Below, in pieces: positions 1 to 9,103 of a DNA stretch of 64,000 nt (the stretch's first letter is position 1; each line of letters starts with the position of its first letter). The stretch is from a virus (taxonomy: Duplodnaviria; Heunggongvirae; Uroviricota; Caudoviricetes). The stretch lies in the IMG/VR virus record IMGVR_UViG_2576861478_000002; one strand, given 5' to 3'. Below the pieces are notes generated by a model that made no database searches, was not told the DNA's origin, and worked only from the letters and a program-made list of their open reading frames with translations. The position numbers were made by a program, and so were the translations under genes.

Positions 1-585
1 CTATAATAGTTCATCTTGTCCAAATAACTGATTTATAGCATTAGTAGAATCTTTTTTTCTTTTTAGTTCATTGAATTCAAAATCAATAACCCTAGATATT
101 CTTTCATAAAATTCGAGATATTCACGGCCGCTTAAAATAACATGTTCATTTGTTTCAGTGTCGGTTATTTGATTTGTACTAGTTGGACTTAAATTTAGGT
201 GATATTCTCCGTTAGTATTAAGAGTCTCCTTATGATAACCCAGACTTTCTAAGAAGCTTTCAAAGAAGTTTAGGTCATCTGAAAGTTTTAGTAGTCCTTT
301 AGCGGTTTTATCGTTAAATAAACTTGGCTCCTTTTCTAAAGCCTCTACACCTCTTTCAGCAATTTTCTGTTCTATTGCTTCATGATTTACAAATAAAAAA
401 GTATCCATAGGAACATTAAGTGCCTTAGCTATATTATTCAGTACTTCAAAGGAAATTTTTCTTTTGCCGTTTTCATATTGGGAAATTGCTTGTTGAGATA
501 CTCCTATCATTTCTCCTAATACAAATGCTGAAATTCCTTTCGCCTTTCGAATTTCTTTAATTACCTTACCTATGTTTTCTTGCAT
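1..585 (-). CDS. XRE-family HTH transcriptional repressor (candidate island master repressor)
   Basis: N-terminal HTH_3 motif (KAKGISAFVLGEMIGVSQQAISQYENGKR). No LexA-like S24 motif and no ImmA partner. Divergent from the + strand operon. Confidence 0.75.
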   Translation of the reverse strand: MQENIGKVIKEIRKAKGISAFVLGEMIGVSQQAISQYENGKRKISFEVLNNIAKALNVPMDTFLFVNHEAIEQKIAERGVEALEKEPSLFNDKTAKGLLKLSDDLNFFESFLESLGYHKETLNTNGEYHLNLSPTSTNQITDTETNEHVILSGREYLEFYERISRVIDFEFNELKRKKDSTNAINQLFGQDELL

Positions 586-639
586 GTTGTTTACCCTCCT
601 TGCTTGTATTATATGGAAAAATAATAAACATTACAACTA

Positions 640-805
640 AATGAAGTAAAAATAAATAAAAACCGTTGACACAACAACTCAATGAGGTATATTATTGTCT
701 TACAACAAGAAAATACAACAAATAGTAGTAAAAATCATCAAAAGTTATGTATATCTATCATATTGAATGTTTTACTTTAAAGAACTTATTAAAAAGGAGG
801 GTGAG
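640..805. promoter_or_regulatory. divergent promoter/operator region of the island (TTGACA at 665..670 with TATATT-like -10; repeated TACAACA motifs)
   Basis: Sigma-A-like hexamers 17 nt apart. Several direct copies of (T)ACAACAA lie between the divergent repressor and the rightward operon. Confidence 0.35.
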
Positions 806-807
806 TA

Positions 808-1077
808 GTGAATTTAAAATTTGAGTTACCAGATGATACGTTGATAACTTCTCGTTCTGATTTGAAAAGTTTATTACGTGAGTTAAAAGAGGAACTGCAG
901 GAAGAAAAAATGCAAGATGATATTTTTACAATTAAGGAAGCAGCTGAATATATGAAAGTAAGTATTCCAACCGTACGATCATTAATAGCTACAAATGAAA
1001 TACCTTATTTTAAAAGGGGACAAGTTATTCGTTTGAATCGTTGGGATATCCTTGACTGGATGCGTAAGGATAAATAG
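808..1077 (+). CDS. excisionase/AlpA-like HTH DNA-binding protein
   Basis: The C-terminal IFTIKEAAEYMKVSIPTVRSLIATNEIPYFKRGQVIRLNRWDILDWM matches the excisionase-family HTH pattern. A GGAGGG RBS precedes the GTG start. Confidence 0.7.
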   Translation: MNLKFELPDDTLITSRSDLKSLLRELKEELQEEKMQDDIFTIKEAAEYMKVSIPTVRSLIATNEIPYFKRGQVIRLNRWDILDWMRKDK

Positions 1078-1218
1078 GAAACTATGAAAATATAAAAAGC
1101 TACTAATATTTTGTTGGTCAGATGGTCTATTGCGGACCGAACATAAATGCAATGTTGGAAATGATAGCTGAAAAAAAGACGGTTGCAACGTCAAATTAAA
1201 AAAATGAGGTGAATACAT

Positions 1219-1365
1219 ATGAACGGAGTATTGTCTGCAACGAGGTTAATGAAGGCGCATGAAATTGTAAAACGATGTGCTGTAGCAAGAAAAAATCCTG
1301 AGATTTTAGAAGCTATGGAGTTTGAAGCTAAGAAAAGATTATACGAAATTAACAATAGTAAATAA
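1219..1365 (+). CDS. small hypothetical protein (48 aa)
   Basis: ATG preceded by a GAGGTGAA RBS; below the ORF-track length cutoff. Confidence 0.3.
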   Translation: MNGVLSATRLMKAHEIVKRCAVARKNPEILEAMEFEAKKRLYEINNSK

Positions 1366-1379
1366 GGAGCGTTAGAAAT

Positions 1380-1706
1380 ATGGATCAATTAGTAGCAGTC
1401 AATGAACAACCAAATTTAAAAAATTTCACAAGTGAACTTGATGGTGAATTAGGATCGCTGGGAGTAAGCGTTGCGACTTTAACAGATGTAGAAGTTCTTT
1501 TAGCGCACTTAGTAGAGGATATGGATACAGCGGTATACAAAGGTGAGGAAATTTATTGTTTTCGTGGGTTTCATAGAAAGCTAAGAGTGTATTGGCGCCT
1601 GCTCAATCATACGATGAATGAATTAAATAAAGAATATGAAAGAGTAGATGAAATTAAAGATGGATTATTTAAAGAGGTAGTAAAGAATGGTGAAAAAAGA
1701 CAATAA
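1380..1706 (+). CDS. hypothetical protein
   Basis: Same-strand ORF within the operon, with an AAGGAG RBS. Confidence 0.45.
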   Translation: MDQLVAVNEQPNLKNFTSELDGELGSLGVSVATLTDVEVLLAHLVEDMDTAVYKGEEIYCFRGFHRKLRVYWRLLNHTMNELNKEYERVDEIKDGLFKEVVKNGEKRQ

Positions 1707-1807
1707 AAAAAGATATATGAACTGCGAATTCATATATCCTCAAGAACAATTATTTATCTACTTATATTTTAACATTGAGTTCGTCTTGTGACAAGGGAGG
1801 TGAGAAG

Positions 1808-4237
1808 TTGTTATCTACAGCAGCGAATTATACAGAAGCAATTAACAACATAATGCCTGGAGCGAAAATTATTAAGCTTACTGGATATGCAAAGGGCAAT
1901 CAAGAGTATCAAAAAGCAAAAACACCAGTAGGTTCTTGGAAAGTCACGCATTCATTAGATAACGATCAAATTAATGGATGGCTTGGTCAAGGTGGCTGGA
2001 TAGGGTGTGTTGTTCCAAAAGGTATTTTCATTGTCGACATTGACGATTCTAAAGAAGGTCAGTTACTAAGAGAATTACTTGAAGGAGAAAACATTCATCA
2101 CCATTTAATTAAAACTCCTAATGGCTGGCAGTTTATATTCAAAGGCGAAACGGATTTAACGAAAAAAGAAGGTCAGTATCAGAATTACGTTAATCGTTTA
2201 GGGTTAACACAAGATACACGAGCAGTGGAAAAGGGTTATATCGTATTCCCGACCGAAAATACAGAAGGGCGTCATGTTGTAACTCAAAGTCTAGAAAAAT
2301 TGGACGAGCTTCCACAGTTCTTATATAAAGCATGGAATGGTGCGAAAACACCTTCACCTATGAGTTATCCATATGAAACTAACGGTTCACGTGATGGGGA
2401 TTTTTATGATTTAGCCAGAAGGTTATTAATTTGTAAGGTGAGCAAAAAGGAAGTATTGTCCAGTCTTAAATTGGCTCACAAATACTTTGTTTCCTTCAAA
2501 AAAGGGTTTCTTATTAAGGATATTACAAAGGTTGTTAATTCGGCCTATAAGAAGGTCAATGAAGGAAAAGCGGATGAGGGAATAACAAACGATAATGAGA
2601 AAAAACAAGAGGATTCTATCATTCCTGTAAATATTCCATCTCCTTACAAAGTTAAAAATAATGCTTTATATAGAGTGGAAACTAAGGTCAAGAATGGAGA
2701 ACTTGATGAACGGGAAATCATGGTTGCTAGGCATGTTCCGATTCTAAAAAGAGAACTACATAACGTTGAACGTCAACAATTATATTATGAGTTAACCTGG
2801 AATGATAGAGGGAAGGTCGTCACCGAGATTGTTCCAGCTGGAGCATTGGTCACTAAGAGGGAGATGATGCCATTAGCAGATAAAGGGTTTCCTTCAAATG
2901 ATAATAACATAAAGCAGTTAATAGATTACTTTGATAAGGTTTTAGCGTTTACCGAGATTGATAGAGGGCTGATGGTAGACCGTTTAGGTTATGTGAAAAG
3001 TGGTTTGGCCCATCCATTACTAGCAACAGATTATGAAATACTGCCTAATGATCAAGGAGAGCAGCAACTTTTTGAATCATTCCAAGTAGCTGGGACAGTC
3101 CAAGGGTGGATAGATGAAGTATTTAATCGTATTAAAGCCCATCCGAGAGCATTATTTTTTGTATTAGCATCCTTTGCTAGTGTACTGCTTCATGATTTAA
3201 AAATAGATCCTTTCATTGTGGATCTTTCTAGCGGAACTTCAAAAGGAAAAACAAGCGTATTAAAAGTTGCAGCCAGCGTGTGGGGGACAAGTGAACTTGT
3301 AAATGAATTTAACGCAACCAAAGTTAGTATTGAACGTAAAGCATCCTTCTTAAACAGTTTTCCTTTGTTAATGGATGATAGCCGTAAAGCGGATGAAAGA
3401 TTACTTCAATCCATTGTTTATAACTTCAGTGGAGGGAAGTCTAAAGGTAGGGGTTCTCTTAGTGGTTCGCAAAGAGAAAATACATGGAAAAATATCATGT
3501 TAACTACTGGAGAAGTAAGTCTAAATGAATATGCATCTAAAGCTGGGGGAGCTGCTGCTCGAATTGTGAGTTTAAATGATAGCCCATTTGAAGGAGTAGA
3601 TTATATATTCTTCGCTGATTTATATAAGGGGCTAGAAACAAATTATGGAGTAATTGGTTTAGAGTTTTTAAAACAGTACCAAGTACGTAAGAAGGAGTTG
3701 CTCCCATCTTTTTATAAATTTAAAGATTTTTATATGAATAAAGCACAGGGAAATGAGGTTTTAACAAGATTATCCCTTTATTATGCAACAGTCCATTATG
3801 CAGGTAGACTCCTAAAAGAATTTTTCAAGGTTAGTGTAGATCTTGAGCAACTGGACAAGCTTTTTGACGAAATTGCCCAAGAAAATAAAGCAATAGATAA
3901 ACCAAAAGAACTATTGAATGAAATTTTAACTTACTTGGATAGTAATAGGGATGGTATTTATTATGACTATGCTCCCAAAAATATCAAAGCAATTTATAAG
4001 TTTAGTTCAATTTGTTTAACACCATCTTTTTTAAAAGAGTTCTTAGGACCAGAAGAAAAAAGGACTAGAAAAGAGTGGTTGAAAAGGGGATTTACTGTTC
4101 CTAATGTTTTAGATGGGAAAGCAGTTGATTATCAAAAAATTAGCCATAAAGGGCGAAAAATCAATGCTGTAACTATAAATAAAGAGATTGTCCAACAATT
4201 AGGTTTTGATTTTGAAGAAAATCCACCTAATAACTAA
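1808..4237 (+). CDS. bifunctional primase-polymerase (prim-pol) N-domain + DUF927/D5-like NTPase replication protein
   Basis: Prim-pol catalytic block (GWIGCVVPKGIFIVDIDD). C-terminal P-loop-like SSGTSKGKTS plus a Walker-B-like LLMDDS. Start is probably the TTG at 1808 after GGGAGGTG (the ORF track gives 1775). Confidence 0.75.
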   Translation: MLSTAANYTEAINNIMPGAKIIKLTGYAKGNQEYQKAKTPVGSWKVTHSLDNDQINGWLGQGGWIGCVVPKGIFIVDIDDSKEGQLLRELLEGENIHHHLIKTPNGWQFIFKGETDLTKKEGQYQNYVNRLGLTQDTRAVEKGYIVFPTENTEGRHVVTQSLEKLDELPQFLYKAWNGAKTPSPMSYPYETNGSRDGDFYDLARRLLICKVSKKEVLSSLKLAHKYFVSFKKGFLIKDITKVVNSAYKKVNEGKADEGITNDNEKKQEDSIIPVNIPSPYKVKNNALYRVETKVKNGELDEREIMVARHVPILKRELHNVERQQLYYELTWNDRGKVVTEIVPAGALVTKREMMPLADKGFPSNDNNIKQLIDYFDKVLAFTEIDRGLMVDRLGYVKSGLAHPLLATDYEILPNDQGEQQLFESFQVAGTVQGWIDEVFNRIKAHPRALFFVLASFASVLLHDLKIDPFIVDLSSGTSKGKTSVLKVAASVWGTSELVNEFNATKVSIERKASFLNSFPLLMDDSRKADERLLQSIVYNFSGGKSKGRGSLSGSQRENTWKNIMLTTGEVSLNEYASKAGGAAARIVSLNDSPFEGVDYIFFADLYKGLETNYGVIGLEFLKQYQVRKKELLPSFYKFKDFYMNKAQGNEVLTRLSLYYATVHYAGRLLKEFFKVSVDLEQLDKLFDEIAQENKAIDKPKELLNEILTYLDSNRDGIYYDYAPKNIKAIYKFSSICLTPSFLKEFLGPEEKRTRKEWLKRGFTVPNVLDGKAVDYQKISHKGRKINAVTINKEIVQQLGFDFEENPPNN

Positions 4238-4560
4238 GGGGTACCAAGAGTACTAAGAAAATAAAGTTCATTTTATAGATTTGGTACTCCTAAAAACATT
4301 GATATAGCAAGTATTCAATACGAATAGTACTAAAAGTACCAAGAGTACTAAGAAAATAAATATATATTTTATAGAAAAAACTATTCATAACTTTTTTCTA
4401 TAAAACCCATATATATGTACTTTGAAAAAACGTGGTACTTTTGGAACTTTAAGAACTGAAGTGGAGAATATGTTGATATGACAATGTTTTTGCGGAAGTA
4501 CTAAATAAGAAATGCGCTGGAACTGTCTAGAACTCTTGGTACTAATCAAATGAATAAGGA
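4238..4560. repeat. iteron cluster; candidate replication origin of the island
   Basis: A 24 bp unit TACCAAGAGTACTAAGAAAATAAA repeated directly at ~4240 and ~4338. An inverted copy GAACTCTTGGTAC at 4538..4551. Further GTAC-core half sites. Located immediately 3' of the primase gene. Confidence 0.45.
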
Positions 4561-4796
4561 TGGTAGAAATGGCAATTAAAAAAATTCCAACCGTACTAGC
4601 AATTGAACGTGATAAAAAAGGAAATCTTAGTACATGGTGTCAATACTGTGGAAAGTTTCATCATCATGGAATAGGTGAAGGACATAGAGATGCACATTGT
4701 TTTGAGGAAGATAGTCCTTATATTCGTACAGGCTATATCCTTAAAAAGATGAAATTATCGGGTAAAGAGGTTGTGAGGATGGGGGAAACCTCATGA
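4560..4796 (+). CDS. small Cys/His-rich hypothetical protein
   Basis: CxxC ... HHH ... H ... C pattern; RBS present. Confidence 0.4.
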   Translation: MVEMAIKKIPTVLAIERDKKGNLSTWCQYCGKFHHHGIGEGHRDAHCFEEDSPYIRTGYILKKMKLSGKEVVRMGETS

Positions 4797-4945
4797 ATGA
4801 AATATTAGAACGATTGAAGGAACAATTAGAAATTCATCGTGATGATGAAAAGGTAATGGTAGATCGTTTAGACCTTATGAAGCTTATACAAGAATACGAA
4901 ATAGAGACAGGTAGAAAGAAAATATGGCTAGATGAGAGGTGGTGA
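4793..4945 (+). CDS. small hypothetical protein (50 aa)
   Basis: ATG overlaps the previous stop (ATGA); GGGGGA RBS. Confidence 0.3.
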   Translation: MNEILERLKEQLEIHRDDEKVMVDRLDLMKLIQEYEIETGRKKIWLDERW

Positions 4946-4949
4946 GTAA

Positions 4950-6146
4950 ATGGCGAGTTTTTTCAATAAAATTTTTAACCGTAAAAAAGAACTGCAGAAG
5001 ACAGAAAGAGCAGATGTTATGAGCGGTGGACCAGCAATATTTACACCTTTTAGCGGTAACGCTTATGAAAGTGATATTTATAGGGCGGCTGTGGATAGCA
5101 TAGCTAGAAATGCTGCAAAGCTAAAAGGAACGCATGTAATGACATCATCAGACCGTCGGAAAAAGGGTGATTATAATTTAAATCGGATTTTACAAGTAAG
5201 ACCGAACCCTTATATGACGGCATATGATCTTATTTATAAGTTGGTTACTCATTACTATCTTTACAATAATGCTTTTGCTTACTTAGAAAAGGACGACAAA
5301 GGTAATTTAGTTGCTATATATCCATTGTCACCTCAAAGTGTGGAATACCTCACCGATCTAACAGGTGAAATGTATTGTCGTTTCTTATTTGCGAATGGTC
5401 AACAAGTCACATTGCATTTTTCAGAGGTATTTATAGTAAGACGTTTCTTTAATTCTAATGATCTATTAGGTGATACCAATACAGCTATTTTGCCAGCGTT
5501 AGATTTGGCACATACGCAAAATGAAGGGTTGAGCAATGCAATAAAATCCAATGCAACTATTAGAGGTATCTTGAAATACAATCAAGTTTTATCACCTGAG
5601 AAGCTAAAAGAAGAAAAAGAAGCTTTCACCAATGATTACTTATCCATTGGCAACAATGGTGGAATCGCAGCAATAGACAATAAATATGACTATATCCCAC
5701 TAGAAACAAAGCCGACAACTATTGATGATAAGCAGCTTGAAGCGGTGAAAAAGAAAATCTATGAGTATTTGGGTATTAGTGAATCCATTGTGAATAGCAC
5801 TTATTCAGAGGAAGACTGGGCGGCGTTTTATGAAAGTGTATTAGAGCCTTTAGCAATTCAATTCTCTTTAGAATTGACGGACAAGCTTTTCACAGAGCGT
5901 GAGCAGTCCTTTGGGAATTCTATTATTTTTGAAGCGAATAGGTTGCAGTTTGCTAGTAATGAAACAAAAACAAACATCATTAAGGAATTAATGCCGTTAG
6001 GCTTATTCACAATAAATCAAGCATTAGAAATTTTAAACCTACCACCAGTTGAGGACGGTGACAAGCGACTACAAACATTAAATGTAGTTAATGCAGCAAA
6101 AGCCGATCAATATCAACTTAAAGAACAAGGGGGTAATAACCAATGA
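4950..6146 (+). CDS. phage portal protein (HK97 family)
   Basis: Homologous to the prophage-2 portal (29422..30645). Sits in the portal position before the protease and capsid genes. Confidence 0.85.
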   Translation: MASFFNKIFNRKKELQKTERADVMSGGPAIFTPFSGNAYESDIYRAAVDSIARNAAKLKGTHVMTSSDRRKKGDYNLNRILQVRPNPYMTAYDLIYKLVTHYYLYNNAFAYLEKDDKGNLVAIYPLSPQSVEYLTDLTGEMYCRFLFANGQQVTLHFSEVFIVRRFFNSNDLLGDTNTAILPALDLAHTQNEGLSNAIKSNATIRGILKYNQVLSPEKLKEEKEAFTNDYLSIGNNGGIAAIDNKYDYIPLETKPTTIDDKQLEAVKKKIYEYLGISESIVNSTYSEEDWAAFYESVLEPLAIQFSLELTDKLFTEREQSFGNSIIFEANRLQFASNETKTNIIKELMPLGLFTINQALEILNLPPVEDGDKRLQTLNVVNAAKADQYQLKEQGGNNQ

Positions 6147-6721
6147 AAGAATTGAGAGTAGCAGAACTAAGAGCAGCCGAGCCGGCAGGTGACAGCAGCC
6201 TTATTCTAAATGGTAGACCGATTGTGTACGATCAGCCTACCACCATAAAAGCACCATTTGGGGAATATATCGAGATTATTAAAAGGGGCGCATTAGATAA
6301 AGCTGATTTATCGGATATTCGCTTACTGTATAACCATGATATGAGTAAAATCCCTTTAGCAAGAACACCTAAAACAATGTCCTTTGCGTTAGATTCGGCA
6401 GGATTAACAATGAGGGCGGAATTACCAGAAACCGAAGAGGGAAAAAGCGTTTATACGGCAGTAAGGCGCCAAGACCTATCGGGAATGTCCTTTGCTTTTA
6501 AAGTACCAGAAGGCGGCAGCCAATTTGATGCAAAGACGAACACAAGAACAATAACCAAAATTGAAAAAGTCTATGAGTTTAGTATTTGTCCATTTCCTGC
6601 ATATCCTCAAACGAGTGTGGAGGCAAGGGCAGCTATTGAAAGTTCATGGGAAATGTTGAAATCAACAGAAAGACAAGCATTAAAAATAAAAATTAATCAA
6701 TTATTAATGAGGAGAGTGTAA
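6143..6721 (+). CDS. HK97-family prohead protease
   Basis: Paralog of 30602..31186; overlaps the portal stop (ATGA coupling). Confidence 0.85.
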   Translation: MKELRVAELRAAEPAGDSSLILNGRPIVYDQPTTIKAPFGEYIEIIKRGALDKADLSDIRLLYNHDMSKIPLARTPKTMSFALDSAGLTMRAELPETEEGKSVYTAVRRQDLSGMSFAFKVPEGGSQFDAKTNTRTITKIEKVYEFSICPFPAYPQTSVEARAAIESSWEMLKSTERQALKIKINQLLMRRV

Positions 6722-6725
6722 GAAT

Positions 6726-7988
6726 ATGAAATTCACTACAGTAGCAGAGGCATTTAATTTTTATCGTAATCATTCTTTAGCAGAAATGGAAACAAGAGCA
6801 GCACAAATTAAGGGTACAGTTGATACTGATCCAAATGCAGATATTACATCTATCAATATTGAAATCGAAGGGTTGCAACAAGCAATGAATAACAGTAAAG
6901 AAAAAGAAAAACAAGCACAACAAAGTCAAACTCAAACACCACCAGCAAACGAAGGAACGGCACAACGTAGCCAATTCAATCCGATTACTGGAATGAACTT
7001 TAACCAGGGGCAACAAGTACCAACAGAAAATATTTTTGGCAGCGCAGAATACCGCAGTGCATTCTATAAAACAATGCTAGGGCAAAAGCTTACAGATATT
7101 GAAACAAGAACATTTAACCGAGCGATGGAAATTCAAGAAGCGGAACACCGAGCGGATGCATTTAACACAACAACGAATAGTGCAGCTGTATTGCCTACAA
7201 CTACGTTAAATGAGGTTATCAAGAAAGCACGTACAATGGGCGGATTAATCTCACATTGCCGTAACTTTAATATCCCAACTAATATTAGTGTACCAATCGG
7301 AACACCTTCTAGTAAGGCACAATGGCATGTAGAAGGGGCGCCAGTAGAAAGTGAAAATGTTTCAACAGCAACTGTATCATTTAAAGGCTATGAGATCATT
7401 AAAGTATTTTCTATCAGTGCTGCAGCTAAGAAAATGTCTATCCAAGCATTTGAAGCATATATGACTGATGAACTTACTAATTGTGTAATGGAAGCTATTG
7501 CAGATGCTTTAGTGAATGGTACTGGAAGTGGTCAAGGTACAGGGCTGGTAACAGGTGTTACATGGAATGATACAAATAGCTTTGAAAATACAGGGAAGTA
7601 TACAGACTTTACAAAAGCATTGGCTATGCTTAAGCGAGGATATGCAGCAGGGGCAAAATGGGCTATGAGTAACGCTACACTATACAACGAAGTATATAGC
7701 CTTGTGGATGCAAACGGACGACCTATCTTTATTGCGGATCCAAAGAATGAAAGCATTGGATACATTCTAGGTAAAGAAGTAGTTATTGATGACAATATCG
7801 AGGACGACACTATTATTCTAGGAAACTTCCAGTACATGGGTTACAACATGCCGCAAGGTGTAATGATTGAAACATCAAGAGAATCAAGCTTTAAGAGTGG
7901 ATTAGTTGATTACCGAGCAATGGCAATTGCAGATACGAAACCACTTGTACCAGAAGCATTTATTAAACTATCTAAAAAGCAAGCATAA
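6726..7988 (+). CDS. major capsid protein (HK97 fold) with N-terminal delta/scaffold domain
   Basis: Coiled-coil N-terminus followed by a region homologous to the 31203..32387 capsid. Strong terminator downstream. Confidence 0.85.
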   Translation: MKFTTVAEAFNFYRNHSLAEMETRAAQIKGTVDTDPNADITSINIEIEGLQQAMNNSKEKEKQAQQSQTQTPPANEGTAQRSQFNPITGMNFNQGQQVPTENIFGSAEYRSAFYKTMLGQKLTDIETRTFNRAMEIQEAEHRADAFNTTTNSAAVLPTTTLNEVIKKARTMGGLISHCRNFNIPTNISVPIGTPSSKAQWHVEGAPVESENVSTATVSFKGYEIIKVFSISAAAKKMSIQAFEAYMTDELTNCVMEAIADALVNGTGSGQGTGLVTGVTWNDTNSFENTGKYTDFTKALAMLKRGYAAGAKWAMSNATLYNEVYSLVDANGRPIFIADPKNESIGYILGKEVVIDDNIEDDTIILGNFQYMGYNMPQGVMIETSRESSFKSGLVDYRAMAIADTKPLVPEAFIKLSKKQA

Positions 7989-8005
7989 GCAAACTAAGTA
8001 TGAAG

Positions 8006-8040
8006 GGGTATCAGTATAGCGCTGGTATCCCTTTTATTTA
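8006..8040 (+). terminator. rho-independent terminator after capsid gene
   Basis: GGGGTATCAG..CTGGTATCCC stem followed by TTTTATTT. Confidence 0.5.
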
Positions 8041-8054
8041 AAGGAGTGAGTAAA

Positions 8055-8342
8055 TTGTTAATTAGTATCGAGGAAGCAAGGGACACAGTAAGAGTAGATG
8101 GTGAAGACAATGACGTAATCATCATTCCGTTATTAGAATCTATTCCGTCTTATCTCGAGATAACAACAGGAAGAACATGGACAGATGATACATCAGTACA
8201 TCCATTAGCACAAACAGTAACAAAGTTTCTCTTACAGTTGTGGTATGACCCACAAGATCAGGATAGTGAACGATTAAAGCGAACAATCGACAATCTATTA
8301 GCGGCATTGACTGTATTAGGTAGGAATATGAAAAATGGCTAA
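8055..8342 (+). CDS. gp6-like head-tail connector protein
   Basis: Size, position and pattern match the gp6/DNA-packaging connector family. Paralog of 32657..32929. TTG start after AAAGGAGTGAG. Confidence 0.65.
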   Translation: MLISIEEARDTVRVDGEDNDVIIIPLLESIPSYLEITTGRTWTDDTSVHPLAQTVTKFLLQLWYDPQDQDSERLKRTIDNLLAALTVLGRNMKNG

Positions 8343-8625
8343 GGATTATGCAAAATCTTTTTATAACAGTGCAACATGGCGTAAATGTAAAGATGGATTC
8401 ATGCAAAGTAAGCACTATTTATGTGAAAGATGCGGTGATATAGCCGTTATATGCCATCATAAACGCTATATTACACCACAAAATATTAATAATCCCAATA
8501 TAACGTTGAGTTGGGACAATTTAGAGGCATTATGCCAAACGTGCCATAACCAAGAACATCATAGCAGCGAGATATGCGCAAATGGATTAGCATTCGATAG
8601 CAAAGGGAATTTGATTCAAAAATAA
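8335..8625 (+). CDS. HNH endonuclease (terminase-associated)
   Basis: CxxC ... HH ... N ... CxxCH motif set. Paralogs at 26556..26858 and 61165..61500. Positioned immediately before cos/terS. Confidence 0.85.
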   Translation: MAKDYAKSFYNSATWRKCKDGFMQSKHYLCERCGDIAVICHHKRYITPQNINNPNITLSWDNLEALCQTCHNQEHHSSEICANGLAFDSKGNLIQK

Positions 8626-8630
8626 AACAT

Positions 8631-8690
8631 ACCCCCCATTAATTTAAGAAAAAGGCATGGCTCGAGGACCGAGGAGGAGCCTTTCTTTTC
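8631..8690. other. candidate cos region (C-run + GC-rich GGACCGAGGAGGAGCC motif)
   Basis: GC-rich island in AT-rich DNA between HNH and terS. A similar motif is found upstream of terS in both prophages (27236..27290, 61517..61575). Confidence 0.35.
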
Positions 8691-8751
8691 CTCTCCATGA
8701 CTTTCTATATAAAGGGAGGGATGGAAAAAAACAAAAAATGAAGGTGATTAT

Positions 8752-9099
8752 ATGAGGACTTCTAAGAAAGTTACAGCGATTTCTAGTGATATGAAAAAAC
8801 TTAAAACGATATTAAGGCAGATTCCTAAAGAGCGTTTACCGATAGCGCAGAGTTTATATAACGAGCTTGTATTTATGCAAACTACTTTAGAGGCTTTAAA
8901 AACTCAAGTAAATGAAGAAGGACCGACAGCAATGTTTAAACAAGGTAGGCAAGAATTTTTAAGGGAACATCCAGCGTTAAAAGCCTATAACACAACTGTA
9001 CAGCGTTACAGTCTTTTGTATAAGCAATTAGTTGATTTATTACCGCCAACAGATTTAAAACCAAAAGAAGATGAACTAATTGACTTTATTAAGAGGTGA
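8752..9099 (+). CDS. terminase small subunit (P27 family)
   Basis: Resembles 27349..27711 and 61651..61986. Size and position immediately upstream of terL. Confidence 0.75.
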   Translation: MRTSKKVTAISSDMKKLKTILRQIPKERLPIAQSLYNELVFMQTTLEALKTQVNEEGPTAMFKQGRQEFLREHPALKAYNTTVQRYSLLYKQLVDLLPPTDLKPKEDELIDFIKR

Positions 9100-9103
9100 T
9101 AAC

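Noticed and set aside
2426-2608. Small antisense ORFs inside prim-pol, portal and capsid genes (also 5399..5581, 6777..7016, 7532..7837)
   Set aside because: Antisense to strongly supported genes; no RBS; typical AT-rich frame noise.
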